A stretch of 64,000 nt of DNA from an uncultured archaeon (GTDB lineage Archaea; Asgardarchaeota; Heimdallarchaeia; Heimdallarchaeales; Heimdallarchaeaceae). Under the pieces are notes generated by a model. The model searched no databases and was not told the origin of the DNA. It saw only the letters and a list, made by a program, of their open reading frames with translations. Positions 28,802 through 38,014 of this stretch are shown here, in pieces (the stretch's first letter is position 1; the number at the start of each line of letters is the position of its first letter). The stretch is from contig CAZJUB010000006.1 in NCBI GenBank assembly GCA_964549075.1, positions 8,311-72,310 on the forward strand, written 5' to 3'. Both the position numbers and the translations under genes were made by a program.

Positions 28802-29061
28802 TTTGTGTTCCTTTGATATATTCAACGAATATCTAATTATTTATGTAAGTGTGAGAAAAAAGTGGCATTACATGCATTAACTGTGTTAGAATGTCTTTAT
28901 AAACAACTATATTCTTCAATAGACCGAGGGTCTCTAATCTCAATTTTTGGGCAAAATTAGCTTTGTATTCCATAACAATCTTTATGAATGGAATTCTCAA
29001 TAAATAGTCTGTAAAAATCAAATACAAATGTACCCGAAATTCATACTTGGTGTGTTAATTA

Positions 29062-31770
29062 ATGTCTTCAGAACATAATATAGCAATCATAACTGTAGGG
29101 TATAAGAACAGCCCTTTTGTCAGGGAGGTACTACGTAATGAGATTATCCCCTATTCTTTAATTGCTAACAATACGAGTGATTTTCAAATTCATCATGCTG
29201 ATCCTTCAAAGATACTATATTACAGCCTTGAATTTACTAATCTCATTGAAATGATTGCACAAAAAAGTATGGATTCATTAGCGGTGTTTGAGACACTGGG
29301 ACAATTTTTTGAATTCTATAATCCTTTAAATCTCTCTACTTTGAATTACTTGATCTCAAAGTATGCAACTAGTATAAAACCTGGTACGACTAATTACTGT
29401 GAATCATGGAAAAAAATAACTTCTGCTATATTTGAAGAAGTTTTAATACATCCTCTATTTGATGAATCAAGAATCTTTCATCTGAAGCAAGGAGCTGTAG
29501 AAGTTCCGGTACGTCAATTCTTGATATCAGAAATCTTAGAAAGAAAAAAAGATAATTCTAAGAATAATATAAAATTAAAAGAACAAGTTTTAGAAGATAT
29601 AACGGGAATTATAGACCTTGATGCTGTTCCAAAGATGAAAATCTGTACTGATGCTACAAAGAAAATCATATCTGCTTCTGGTGTTATTATAGTTCCCTCT
29701 GACGTTATCTCGTTATATATTTTATTCCAGTCTGCAGCTTTCAAAGATACTTTACAGAAAACTGATGGAAAGATTGCATTTATCTCACCTTTCTGGACTG
29801 AAACTAAGCTCAATCCCGTTGAGAAAGCTATATTGGAGAAAACAGGATTTGAACCTAGTTTAATAAATACTGTAAAACTTGTTAAAGATTATGTAGATGC
29901 AGTTATAATCGATGATAAAGATACAGAACTAGTTTCAACTCTTAGAGAAGAAGGAATTACAGTACTAGTAGAGGATTTATTACCAGAAAACCAGAAAACA
30001 AAGGAATTTCTAGATATGATTCTAAAGACAATAGACTTGTCTTTGGATACAATTGCAATTGAACCTAAAGGTTTGATTGAAGGTTTAGGAGAAAAATTAG
30101 TTAGTTTATTTAAAGCAAAAGAACCAAAGGAAATAAGACCGTCATTTGATGATGAAACAACAGAAATCGAGACTATTGAGGATATTGAGGATAAAACAAT
30201 TTTAGACAGTTTAATTGACGAAGAAACTAGTCAGTCAGTAAAAGTGAAATCGAACTTAGAACAAATAAAAACAGATTCTGCAGAATCTGATGAAACAGAT
30301 ACTTTAACAGATGAATTTGAAATGGAAGTTATAGATACACAAAAAGAAATACCCACTATACCTACTCCTCCTCCAAAAGAAAGTTCTGTGAAATCAGATT
30401 TACTTATTCAGAAAGCTAATGGAAATTTTGTTCTTCCAGGAATTGAACAAATTACCCAATTTGAGCTTGAAGAATTAGATTCTCTTGATGTAGATGAACA
30501 TATTATAAATTCTTTTATCGAAAGAGCCATGACATCAAATGCAGCAGGTATAGAGGTTGTTTTTTCTGATCTGTTATCCTTACAAAATAATCCTCTGTTA
30601 ATCGACAAAATATATCAAACTCTAATGAAAAAGCTAATAAAAATACGCGAAACAAACCCTGAAGAAAAAATTGCTGATATGATAACATATCTATCAGCAC
30701 ATAAACCTGATTTTTATACAGAAAGGTTAACAATTCTATTAGAAGATACAATAAAATCTCAAACAGAAAACGCATTCTACCAGAATTTAAAAACCACTTC
30801 CTTAGTTATTAGAAGCTCATTATTGATTGCTGGTGAGATAATTGAACCTTTCATTATCAAGTATATTGGTACGACAGATATTTATCTTGAAGATAAGCTG
30901 CGAAGGATGATCAATTCATTCAGTGTATCAAACCTTGATATGATGATGTTAATCTCTAAAGTACTTTTGCACATATTTGCCATAGAAATAACTAAAGAAG
31001 AACAAAATGACGAAATAATAAATAGAATTGTTGCTTTCTTAAGTATGTATGATGGTTTTACTGTTAGTATTGCTTTGATTACTCAAGAATCAGATGAGGT
31101 AAGAGAGAGCTTTTTAGAAGAAATTTCTGAATTACAAATAGATGTTCCATTTAAAACCATAGTTTCGAAACTACTTGGAATATATTATAACTCTACATAT
31201 GATGAATTAGTACAGGAATTACATGGTCGTACTTTACCTGATACAGTGGAACTAGAAATGCTAAAAAGAAAATACATCAGTAGTCTTTCTAAGGTTGGTT
31301 CTATACCTCTAGAATTATTTGCAGAACAAGTTGGTTTAACTGTAGAAAAAGCAGAAAAAATGATTTATACTATGATTCTAAAAGAAGAGATAGCTGCAAG
31401 GATAGAGTTGGTTAATGGTAGATTATATATTGTACAAGAAGGAAAAGAACCGATACCAGAAGAAGTCTCTGTCCCAGAAGAAGATGAAAAAGTATCACAA
31501 ACTGAAGAAGCGAAGAAAGAGAAAATAAAAGATTCAAAAGAAGTCTCTGAAAAACCTTCTAAAGACGAACCTTCTAAAGACGAACCTTCTAAAGACGAAC
31601 CTTCTAAAGACGAACCTTCTAAAGACGAACCACCTAAAGATAAAGCACCAAAAAAAGAACTGACTGAAAAAGTAGAAGAATCTGAGGAATATGTTTGTGA
31701 GAAATGCGGTAAAAGTTTCACAACTAAACGGGGTTTATCTATGCATATTAACAGAGTGCATAAAGAATAA
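29062..31770 (+). CDS. Chimeric 902-aa protein: divergent CofD/YvcK-like domain, acidic linker, helical region, PCI-like winged helix, PSKDE repeats and a C2H2 zinc finger
   Basis: ISASGVIIVPSDVISLYILFQS....KIAFISPFW....YVDAVIIDDKDTELV parallels the C-terminal half of CofD. IPLELFAEQVGLTVEKAEKMIYTMILKEEIAARIELVNGRLYIV resembles a PCI winged helix. The terminal YVCEKCGKSFTTKRGLSMHINRVH is C-x2-C-x12-H-x4-H. Confidence 0.65.
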   Translation: MSSEHNIAIITVGYKNSPFVREVLRNEIIPYSLIANNTSDFQIHHADPSKILYYSLEFTNLIEMIAQKSMDSLAVFETLGQFFEFYNPLNLSTLNYLISKYATSIKPGTTNYCESWKKITSAIFEEVLIHPLFDESRIFHLKQGAVEVPVRQFLISEILERKKDNSKNNIKLKEQVLEDITGIIDLDAVPKMKICTDATKKIISASGVIIVPSDVISLYILFQSAAFKDTLQKTDGKIAFISPFWTETKLNPVEKAILEKTGFEPSLINTVKLVKDYVDAVIIDDKDTELVSTLREEGITVLVEDLLPENQKTKEFLDMILKTIDLSLDTIAIEPKGLIEGLGEKLVSLFKAKEPKEIRPSFDDETTEIETIEDIEDKTILDSLIDEETSQSVKVKSNLEQIKTDSAESDETDTLTDEFEMEVIDTQKEIPTIPTPPPKESSVKSDLLIQKANGNFVLPGIEQITQFELEELDSLDVDEHIINSFIERAMTSNAAGIEVVFSDLLSLQNNPLLIDKIYQTLMKKLIKIRETNPEEKIADMITYLSAHKPDFYTERLTILLEDTIKSQTENAFYQNLKTTSLVIRSSLLIAGEIIEPFIIKYIGTTDIYLEDKLRRMINSFSVSNLDMMMLISKVLLHIFAIEITKEEQNDEIINRIVAFLSMYDGFTVSIALITQESDEVRESFLEEISELQIDVPFKTIVSKLLGIYYNSTYDELVQELHGRTLPDTVELEMLKRKYISSLSKVGSIPLELFAEQVGLTVEKAEKMIYTMILKEEIAARIELVNGRLYIVQEGKEPIPEEVSVPEEDEKVSQTEEAKKEKIKDSKEVSEKPSKDEPSKDEPSKDEPSKDEPSKDEPPKDKAPKKELTEKVEESEEYVCEKCGKSFTTKRGLSMHINRVHKE
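31555..31644. repeat. Perfect 15-nt tandem repeat (ccttctaaagacgaa x5, plus one degenerate unit) inside the 902-aa CDS
   Basis: Read directly from the sequence: five identical units at 31555..31629, then ccacctaaagataaa. They encode (PSKDE)x5 followed by PPKDK. Confidence 0.95.
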
Positions 31771-31829
31771 ATTTGTGAGTAATCTCTGTTCTTAGATATA
31801 TTTTTATTGTAAATTAATAATTTTCAACT

Positions 31830-32354
31830 ATGAGAAAAAAGCAAGTTGCAGTGATTGGTTCAGGTACTGTTAACAAGAAGAGTGATAGTTTTACTTTAGC
31901 CATTAAATTAGGTCAACATTTGATAGATTCAGATTACCGAATTTTGTGCGGGGGATTGGAAGGCATTATGGCAGCTGTTTGTAAAGGAGCGAAATTGTCT
32001 GACAATTATAAAGAAGGAATGACAGTGGGGATTATTCCATCTCTTGACAAATCTATAAGCAATCCATATGTTGACATAAGTATCGCTACTGGAGTTTCAT
32101 TTGCTAGAAATCAAATCATTATAGCTTCTGCGGATGCTGTAATAGCAATTGGAGGAGGAGCAGGAACTTTATCAGAATTATCTTTTGCTTGGCAATTGAA
32201 GAAACCAATTTTAGCTTTCATTAATGCTGAAGGTTGGTCTAACAAACTAGCAGGAAAACGAATTGATAACTCACGAACTGATGTAATTATAGCATGTCAG
32301 TCTGTAGAAGCTGCAATAACTCATTTAAGTAGAATTTTTAACAATATTCAATAA
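31830..32354 (+). CDS. LOG/TIGR00725-type Rossmann-fold protein (SLOG superfamily)
   Basis: 174 aa with VAVIGSG, ILCGGLEGIMAAVCKGA, GIIP, and ARNQIIIASADAVIAIGGGAGTLSELSFAWQLKKPILAF. Confidence 0.8.
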   Translation: MRKKQVAVIGSGTVNKKSDSFTLAIKLGQHLIDSDYRILCGGLEGIMAAVCKGAKLSDNYKEGMTVGIIPSLDKSISNPYVDISIATGVSFARNQIIIASADAVIAIGGGAGTLSELSFAWQLKKPILAFINAEGWSNKLAGKRIDNSRTDVIIACQSVEAAITHLSRIFNNIQ

Positions 32355-32397
32355 GTTGAATCAATAGATTTAAAGCATATCTTCTCAAATTTAACTT

Positions 32398-33396
32398 ATG
32401 CTAGTATGTCTGTTTAAGTTGGAGGAAATAGGTCCTGACTTGGTTGAAATGGTTTTGGATAAGAACGTTGAATTTTCACAAGAAACAATTGATAAATTTA
32501 CATTTTCAGGATCTGTTACTTATTCACTTATCTTTCAAGGTATGCTTACATTAGATGATATGACTACTGAGCTTTATGGTCCTTTTCCATTTGCGTTTTC
32601 GTCAGGTTTCGTTCAATATGCATTTTCCTTTATTGCAGAAGATAAAACTATGACAGATGAAAGAATGAAAGAAAAAACCTTAGGACTTTTAATAATGTTA
32701 GTACCAGAGATGGTCTCAAAAATTGATACTTTCAGAGAAGAATTAGCTAAAACTCTAATCTATAAATTTCATAAAATCTATAAAATCTCACAAGTAGATA
32801 CACAGTTCCTTAAAGATATAATTACTTCTTACAACGAAATCCTACAAGATTTACTAAGCTCTCAACAAGCTGAGCTTCTTTCGAAACAAATCTTAGAGTT
32901 CTTGAAATCTACACCAAAACCAAAAAAGAAAGACATACAAAAAATTGCTATTGTCTATCCTGATGAGTTTTCTGGAAATATCAAGAAATATTATGCTTCT
33001 TTACTCAGTTCTTTACCGTATACAGAAACATCATTCTCAGAAAACAAAGCATATATTCAGACTCCTACCTATGAGTTTAACTTCATTAAAGATATAGCTG
33101 TAACTGAAGATTTTCTTAAATCCCAAAAAGCTATGATTTTATTAGCAGATGTTAAAAATAAGAGGTATAAAAGCGTCTATGATGTTGCATCAATGATAAA
33201 AAGTCCGATGAAAATTGCTTTGGTAGTCTCTCTTCCTGAAAAGATAGAAAAGGCTAGCACTGAGTATGCTAAGTTCTTTACTGGTTTGCAAAGATATTTA
33301 GGAAGCATGCCTTTCTTTTCAGCAAGCTTTAATTCTAGTTACGAATTTAAAAGTAAAATGCTAGAAGCATTATTTTGGACCTTATCTCCAGAGTAA
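32398..33396 (+). CDS. Uncharacterised two-domain protein: longin/roadblock-like N-terminus plus Rossmann-like C-terminal module
   Basis: The N-terminal alpha/beta pattern includes ELYGPFPFAF. The C-terminal part (KIAIVYPDEF...AMILLADVKN...KIALVVSLPE) has strand-helix periodicity but no P-loop. No catalytic motif was seen. Confidence 0.5.
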   Translation: MLVCLFKLEEIGPDLVEMVLDKNVEFSQETIDKFTFSGSVTYSLIFQGMLTLDDMTTELYGPFPFAFSSGFVQYAFSFIAEDKTMTDERMKEKTLGLLIMLVPEMVSKIDTFREELAKTLIYKFHKIYKISQVDTQFLKDIITSYNEILQDLLSSQQAELLSKQILEFLKSTPKPKKKDIQKIAIVYPDEFSGNIKKYYASLLSSLPYTETSFSENKAYIQTPTYEFNFIKDIAVTEDFLKSQKAMILLADVKNKRYKSVYDVASMIKSPMKIALVVSLPEKIEKASTEYAKFFTGLQRYLGSMPFFSASFNSSYEFKSKMLEALFWTLSPE

Positions 33397-33399
33397 TGT

Positions 33400-34506
33400 T
33401 TAAATCTTAATTTTCTTTATACAATTCTGATCTATCTTATTTTCTAGAATTTCAACTCCAATTCCTGTATCTTTGTTGGGTACAGTAAGAGTTCCATCTT
33501 GGTTTAATTCAAAAATTGGTTTTATAATGTAATCTGTGTAATATCTAGCACTTTCACTTATGTCATTTGGTAGCGTAAAAGTCTTCAAACTAGCAACAGC
33601 TACATTTTTTGCTCTGCCAATCCCTGTTTCTAACATTCCTCCACACCATAAAGGAATTTTCGTTTCTTCTGCTAATTTGTGTATAAGCAAAGTTTCAGAT
33701 ATACCTCCAACCCTTGCTGGTTTAACATTTATTATTCTTGTAGCATCAATCTCTATTGCAACTCTAGCATCGTCGACATTTTTTATTGATTCATCCAAGC
33801 AAATTGGTGTCGAAAGTTCTTTTTGTAAAGATGCGTGATCTATTATATCATAATATTGCAAAGGTTGTTCTATCATCATGAGGTCAAATTTATCAAGTTT
33901 TATGAAAATATCTAGGTCTTTAAGACGATAAGCATTATTTGCATCTACCATGAGAGGAAGATCAGGGTACTGATCGCGAATCTGCTTAATAATATCCACA
34001 TCCCATCCTGGTTCGATCTTAATCTTAACTCTTTGATAATTCTTCATTACTGCTGCTTCTATCTTTTCCAAAAGAATACTGACATTTTGTTGAATTCCAA
34101 GAGAAATTCCAGAAGGAATTTTATCTTTAGTACCTCCAATCAAATTCTGGAGAGTTTTTCCTTTTATCTTACCATATAAATCCCAAATGGCATCCTCTAC
34201 ACACGCTTTTGCCATTTGATTCCCTTTTATACTCTTAGCAATCCCTTTGAACTCAGTAGGATGGGAGATCTCTTTATCCTTAATCCAAGGTACAAGATAA
34301 TCAGAGATTATGTGAATACAAGAAGTTATTGTCTCTCCAGAATACCATGGACCAGCTTCTGAAACGCACTCACCCCATCCTTTAAATCCCTCAGATTCAA
34401 GACAAATAAACAACATCTCTCTGTCTTTTGTTTCCCCAAAACTTGTTCTGAAAGGATATCGAAGATTCATTCGAAGTAAAAATAGATTTGCATTTTCAAT
34501 TTTCAT
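33400..34506 (-). CDS. Enolase-superfamily enzyme, o-succinylbenzoate synthase / N-acylamino-acid racemase subgroup
   Basis: 368 aa with the KIKIEPGWDVDIIKQIR (KxK) motif, metal ligands in MVDANNAY, MIEQPL and CLDES, and VKPARVGG. Confidence 0.85.
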   Translation of the reverse strand: MKIENANLFLLRMNLRYPFRTSFGETKDREMLFICLESEGFKGWGECVSEAGPWYSGETITSCIHIISDYLVPWIKDKEISHPTEFKGIAKSIKGNQMAKACVEDAIWDLYGKIKGKTLQNLIGGTKDKIPSGISLGIQQNVSILLEKIEAAVMKNYQRVKIKIEPGWDVDIIKQIRDQYPDLPLMVDANNAYRLKDLDIFIKLDKFDLMMIEQPLQYYDIIDHASLQKELSTPICLDESIKNVDDARVAIEIDATRIINVKPARVGGISETLLIHKLAEETKIPLWCGGMLETGIGRAKNVAVASLKTFTLPNDISESARYYTDYIIKPIFELNQDGTLTVPNKDTGIGVEILENKIDQNCIKKIKI

Positions 34507-34558
34507 ATCTATAACCTGATGTTGACATCTATTTCGAGAGAATTTAAAATTTTATCTT

Positions 34559-35392
34559 TCAGACTTCAAGAATATGAAAACATCTGATTGAATCATGAGA
34601 TTTAAGCACAATAAAATCAATAACCTTGTAATTTAGGTTGAAATATTTTTGAAAAGCAGCTCTAGTTTGAAGTCTCCATTCTATTGCAAGTTTCTTATTT
34701 GCTCTCTTCATTTCAACGAAATTATTGGGAACTTCAATGGAAACAACTGATTCTTTTAAGTCCATATTCATATCCTTAATATAGATATAATCACCAACTT
34801 GAATTGTTTCAAACACTTGTTTTTTTGAATCTGATATTATATCACTATAATCTGTATAAATCTGATTTATGTGATTATCTACATGCTTAGATTGCAGATT
34901 CCAATCGCAAAAAAACCTGTCAGTTTCTATACCTTTATTCAACTGATCTTTTAATTCCAACCAATAATTGACTTTGTAGGTATTACAAGTAGCACCTAAT
35001 TTGTGAAGATTCAAGTTACAGTTTTTTGTTTGTAATGGATCAAAGACCCATTTAATTAGTTTATATCCATTATTAAGTGCCCATTTCCTTTGTTCTAATT
35101 TTAAAAGGCAACCAATGCTTTTATTCTGATATTCTTTCCTGACTGCATTGTGGTGGGAGTAGATAAATTTACGGAATTGTTTATTATAACCAATCCAACC
35201 CCAAGTATAACCGATCATTAAATCATCAAGAAAAGCTCCTATTACCATTCCACCACTTTGAGAAGTAGCAAAAAGAATCCTTTTAGGGACAATTTCTCTA
35301 TCTGGAAATCCCCACGAATCTTCCTGAACATTTTCTACCTGACTATATTCTTCAAAACGGTCTAGTACGCGAAATTTTATCTGATTTTCCAT
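34559..35392 (-). CDS. GNAT-fold acyltransferase-like protein
   Basis: 277 aa. HHNAVRKEYQNKSIGCLLKLEQRKWALNNGYKLIKWVFDPLQTKNCNLNLHKLGA resembles the GNAT family commonly found next to N-succinylamino-acid racemases. Confidence 0.6.
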   Translation of the reverse strand: MENQIKFRVLDRFEEYSQVENVQEDSWGFPDREIVPKRILFATSQSGGMVIGAFLDDLMIGYTWGWIGYNKQFRKFIYSHHNAVRKEYQNKSIGCLLKLEQRKWALNNGYKLIKWVFDPLQTKNCNLNLHKLGATCNTYKVNYWLELKDQLNKGIETDRFFCDWNLQSKHVDNHINQIYTDYSDIISDSKKQVFETIQVGDYIYIKDMNMDLKESVVSIEVPNNFVEMKRANKKLAIEWRLQTRAAFQKYFNLNYKVIDFIVLKSHDSIRCFHILEV

Positions 35393-35403
35393 GACTTGAC
35401 CTT

Positions 35404-36702
35404 CTATTTCTCAAATGAAAGAGATTGAACTGTAGTGTTTTTTAAAAATTCAAATAATATTACTGCGAATGCATAAGCTAAATTGTTTGGAGTGTACCTA
35501 TCTCCTTTTGTTAGTCTTCTAATTCTAAAAAGCAATTGTTCGATTATGGTCTGTTTATTTTCTTCTATAAATTCGTGAGGTTCAGATACGAATTTAGCAT
35601 ATAATCTAATGTCAATTAGTGGTAGTGCCATCTGAGGATATTCTTCAAAAATACTAAACCAAGTTTCAAGTAAATATTGTAAATATTTCTCCTGGTCTGC
35701 TATATCCTGAATTCCAAATTCATCAACTGCCATTCGTCTAAGAACTCTCTCAATATTTCTCTCCAGATTTGTTCTTTTAGTTTCTGTTATCTCTTTTCTA
35801 AGTTTTAAAGTTTCAAATAACGTTTGTTCAATTGCTGATAAAAGTTGTTCAATTCTTCCATGATCCTTCTTATGTTGATCTAATGCTTGGAATTCTTTAC
35901 GCATATCTGCAGTTTCTTCCTCAAATTCTTGATGACGTTTTTCTATGGTTTTATTGAAAGCTTCTTGTAAAATATCATAATATCGGGCTATTATGCTATT
36001 ATTAATTAAATCATATAGAACTATTTCATCATCTCCAAGAGGATAAGAATTAATAAAATCTGAATATAGTTGACCTGTTGATTTGACTGAATCTAGTAAT
36101 TGTTCTTCGAACATAATTTTCTCTAGAGTATAAGCGAATATCGCAGCAATAAATCTTAAATCAACAGTGAACTCACCTACTTCAAAGAATAGAAAAGATT
36201 CTGTTAAGGCTGGCGTGAAATTTCTCAAATTGAGTATTGTTTTTACAATATCTTCATCAATTTCTAAACTACTAAGTTCTATAAAATGGTATACGATATA
36301 GTTAATTGAGCTTGTAACTGTTTTCAAACTATTGATAAAAGAAGATAACAATCCTACAAATTCGTCATCAGTACATATCTGTTTCTTATCTGTTGCTTCT
36401 AAAAGAGCAGATATATCTTCTGCATAGAATGGGGCATCATATTTTTTCAAAATATCTTCTGTGACTATAATACCGTAGATAGCAAGTGCCATATCCTTTT
36501 TCTGTGAAGATAAGAATCCAATATCACTTTTCAATTCCCTTCGTAGTTCACTTAAGAATGTTGGTTGTGTTTGTATAAAATGCTTAATCTTCGACTCTAA
36601 GGTCGAGTATATCTTTCTAAATTCATTTACAATTTCAACAACATCTTTTGGCTCATATTGCAATTCCTCAGTATTAACAATCTCTCTAAACATCCTTAAC
36701 AT
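35404..36702 (-). CDS. Uncharacterised helical protein (432 aa), distal gene of the GTPase operon
   Basis: The ORF overlaps the upstream gene by 17 nt on the same strand. It is all-helical by composition with no recognised motif. Confidence 0.5.
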   Translation of the reverse strand: MLRMFREIVNTEELQYEPKDVVEIVNEFRKIYSTLESKIKHFIQTQPTFLSELRRELKSDIGFLSSQKKDMALAIYGIIVTEDILKKYDAPFYAEDISALLEATDKKQICTDDEFVGLLSSFINSLKTVTSSINYIVYHFIELSSLEIDEDIVKTILNLRNFTPALTESFLFFEVGEFTVDLRFIAAIFAYTLEKIMFEEQLLDSVKSTGQLYSDFINSYPLGDDEIVLYDLINNSIIARYYDILQEAFNKTIEKRHQEFEEETADMRKEFQALDQHKKDHGRIEQLLSAIEQTLFETLKLRKEITETKRTNLERNIERVLRRMAVDEFGIQDIADQEKYLQYLLETWFSIFEEYPQMALPLIDIRLYAKFVSEPHEFIEENKQTIIEQLLFRIRRLTKGDRYTPNNLAYAFAVILFEFLKNTTVQSLSFEK

Positions 36703-37903
36703 CTCCTTGGTAGATCTCGTCTATTTCTTTAAAATTCGATATTTTTTCTAACTCCTTACCTTTGATGAATTTAGTTACTTTCCAACCTCTTAGTTCTGAT
36801 TTAGATATAACTTGCTCCCAATTGAACTCACCTTTCAAACCATTCTTGATATCTCTCATAATAACAGGAAGAGAAACACTTGATATAAAGCAGTTATCAG
36901 TATATCTTGTATCTGTGATGCAAGCAAAGATGTAGATTTCCTTCTTACCTTTAATTTCATAAATGAAATTAATCTGAATAATATCATTTGTATCCTTATA
37001 GGTAAATATAGCATCAGACGGGATGATAATGTTCTCTCTCATTTTATACTCTCCTAATTGATTCAATAATAATAGCAATTTACGATTTGGAAACGTTTTA
37101 TTGATCAAGTTTATCAAACTTTTAGGAGATGACTCTTCTAAATCAGTAATTATATTTTCAATTTCATTAGGAATAACAAATGATATATTTTCAACTTTTA
37201 ACATTGGAGGAGCTAATAAGATCTCCCCACCACAATCACATATTACACTTGTATTTTCTTCTAGAGTAGTATAAATCTTACCACACTTACCATTACATTG
37301 TGAAACATCTGTTAAAACGTAGGCTTTGATTAATACAGCACCTGTAATCATAGGTGTCAAACCTGAAAAATCAGCTCTACCTCTTAAACTAAGTTCGTCA
37401 CAAATCTGCCAATGGAGATATTTACCTAATTTATGTAAATCAATATTAATATCTTCAAGTTGTTTTTCCAAATTTATTTCTCCAAGCTCTCTATAATATT
37501 GTGTTCTCTTATAGACGCCTAACAGTGCTTCTGAAATCAACTCAATCTCTTCATGTATACTGTTTAAATCTATATCATAGAAATTAGAACTAAGATAATT
37601 TAGAAAACTAAAAGTATCGATTTTATGTTTTGTAAGAATTGAATAATTCTGTTTTTTATTAATATCAAATGCATCTAAAACAGTGTATTTTGAGCCATTC
37701 AACATATATTTCGCTTCATCAAAAACATCGTCCAAAGAGAAATTAGCAAGAGCTGCTTTTAATTGCTGTTTACTTGTTTTATCTATGTCTCCAGATGTGT
37801 TTTTAAAGCATTCAAATATGTGTAAAGGTAAATTTGTCTCATTATCCGGAAATTCACCTATATATAAATTAAGAAGATCTGAAGATAAGTTCTCAATATT
37901 CAT
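36686..37903 (-). CDS. Uncharacterised protein (405 aa) with an internal Cys4 zinc-ribbon-like knuckle
   Basis: CNGKCGKIYTTLEENTSVICDCGGE (C-x3-C-x14-C-x-C) sits mid-protein. The gene lies 111 nt downstream of the small GTPase on the same strand. Confidence 0.5.
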   Translation of the reverse strand: MNIENLSSDLLNLYIGEFPDNETNLPLHIFECFKNTSGDIDKTSKQQLKAALANFSLDDVFDEAKYMLNGSKYTVLDAFDINKKQNYSILTKHKIDTFSFLNYLSSNFYDIDLNSIHEEIELISEALLGVYKRTQYYRELGEINLEKQLEDINIDLHKLGKYLHWQICDELSLRGRADFSGLTPMITGAVLIKAYVLTDVSQCNGKCGKIYTTLEENTSVICDCGGEILLAPPMLKVENISFVIPNEIENIITDLEESSPKSLINLINKTFPNRKLLLLLNQLGEYKMRENIIIPSDAIFTYKDTNDIIQINFIYEIKGKKEIYIFACITDTRYTDNCFISSVSLPVIMRDIKNGLKGEFNWEQVISKSELRGWKVTKFIKGKELEKISNFKEIDEIYQGDVKDV

Positions 37904-38014
37904 AATTGATCCTTCTTATAATGGTAATATATTTTCAAATTTATTATTGAAAAAGGGTTTTTCAACTTTTACTTATTCTTCAGTAAAAACAAAAAAAATT
38001 ACAAACATTTTTGT

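Noticed and set aside
28833-29027. 64-aa minus-strand ORF in the 260-nt spacer between the two giant genes, and the small hairpin agaccgagggtct at 28921..28933
   Set aside because: The ORF has no ribosome-binding site or motif and is hydrophobic and low-complexity, so it is probably chance in a promoter region. The 5-bp stem is too short to call a structured RNA or terminator.
31555-31644. Whether the perfect direct repeats could be a CRISPR array
   Set aside because: The units are 15 nt, directly abutting with no spacers, in frame inside a CDS, and no cas genes are present. This is a coding tandem repeat.
31365-31721. 118-aa minus-strand ORF (…GSSLEGSSLEGSSLEG…) antisense to the 3' end of the 902-aa gene
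   Set aside because: It is a mirror image of the 15-nt tandem repeat and the low-complexity K/E/S-rich coding region on the plus strand. It lies entirely inside a far longer, motif-bearing ORF and has no start context of its own.
37947-37965. Palindrome ttgaaaaagggtttttcaa between the GTPase gene and its downstream partners, considered as a terminator or attenuator
   Set aside because: The stem is almost pure A-U (8 bp) and would be marginally stable. Such palindromes are expected by chance in AT-rich spacers. It is worth checking only if transcript data show a 3' end here.
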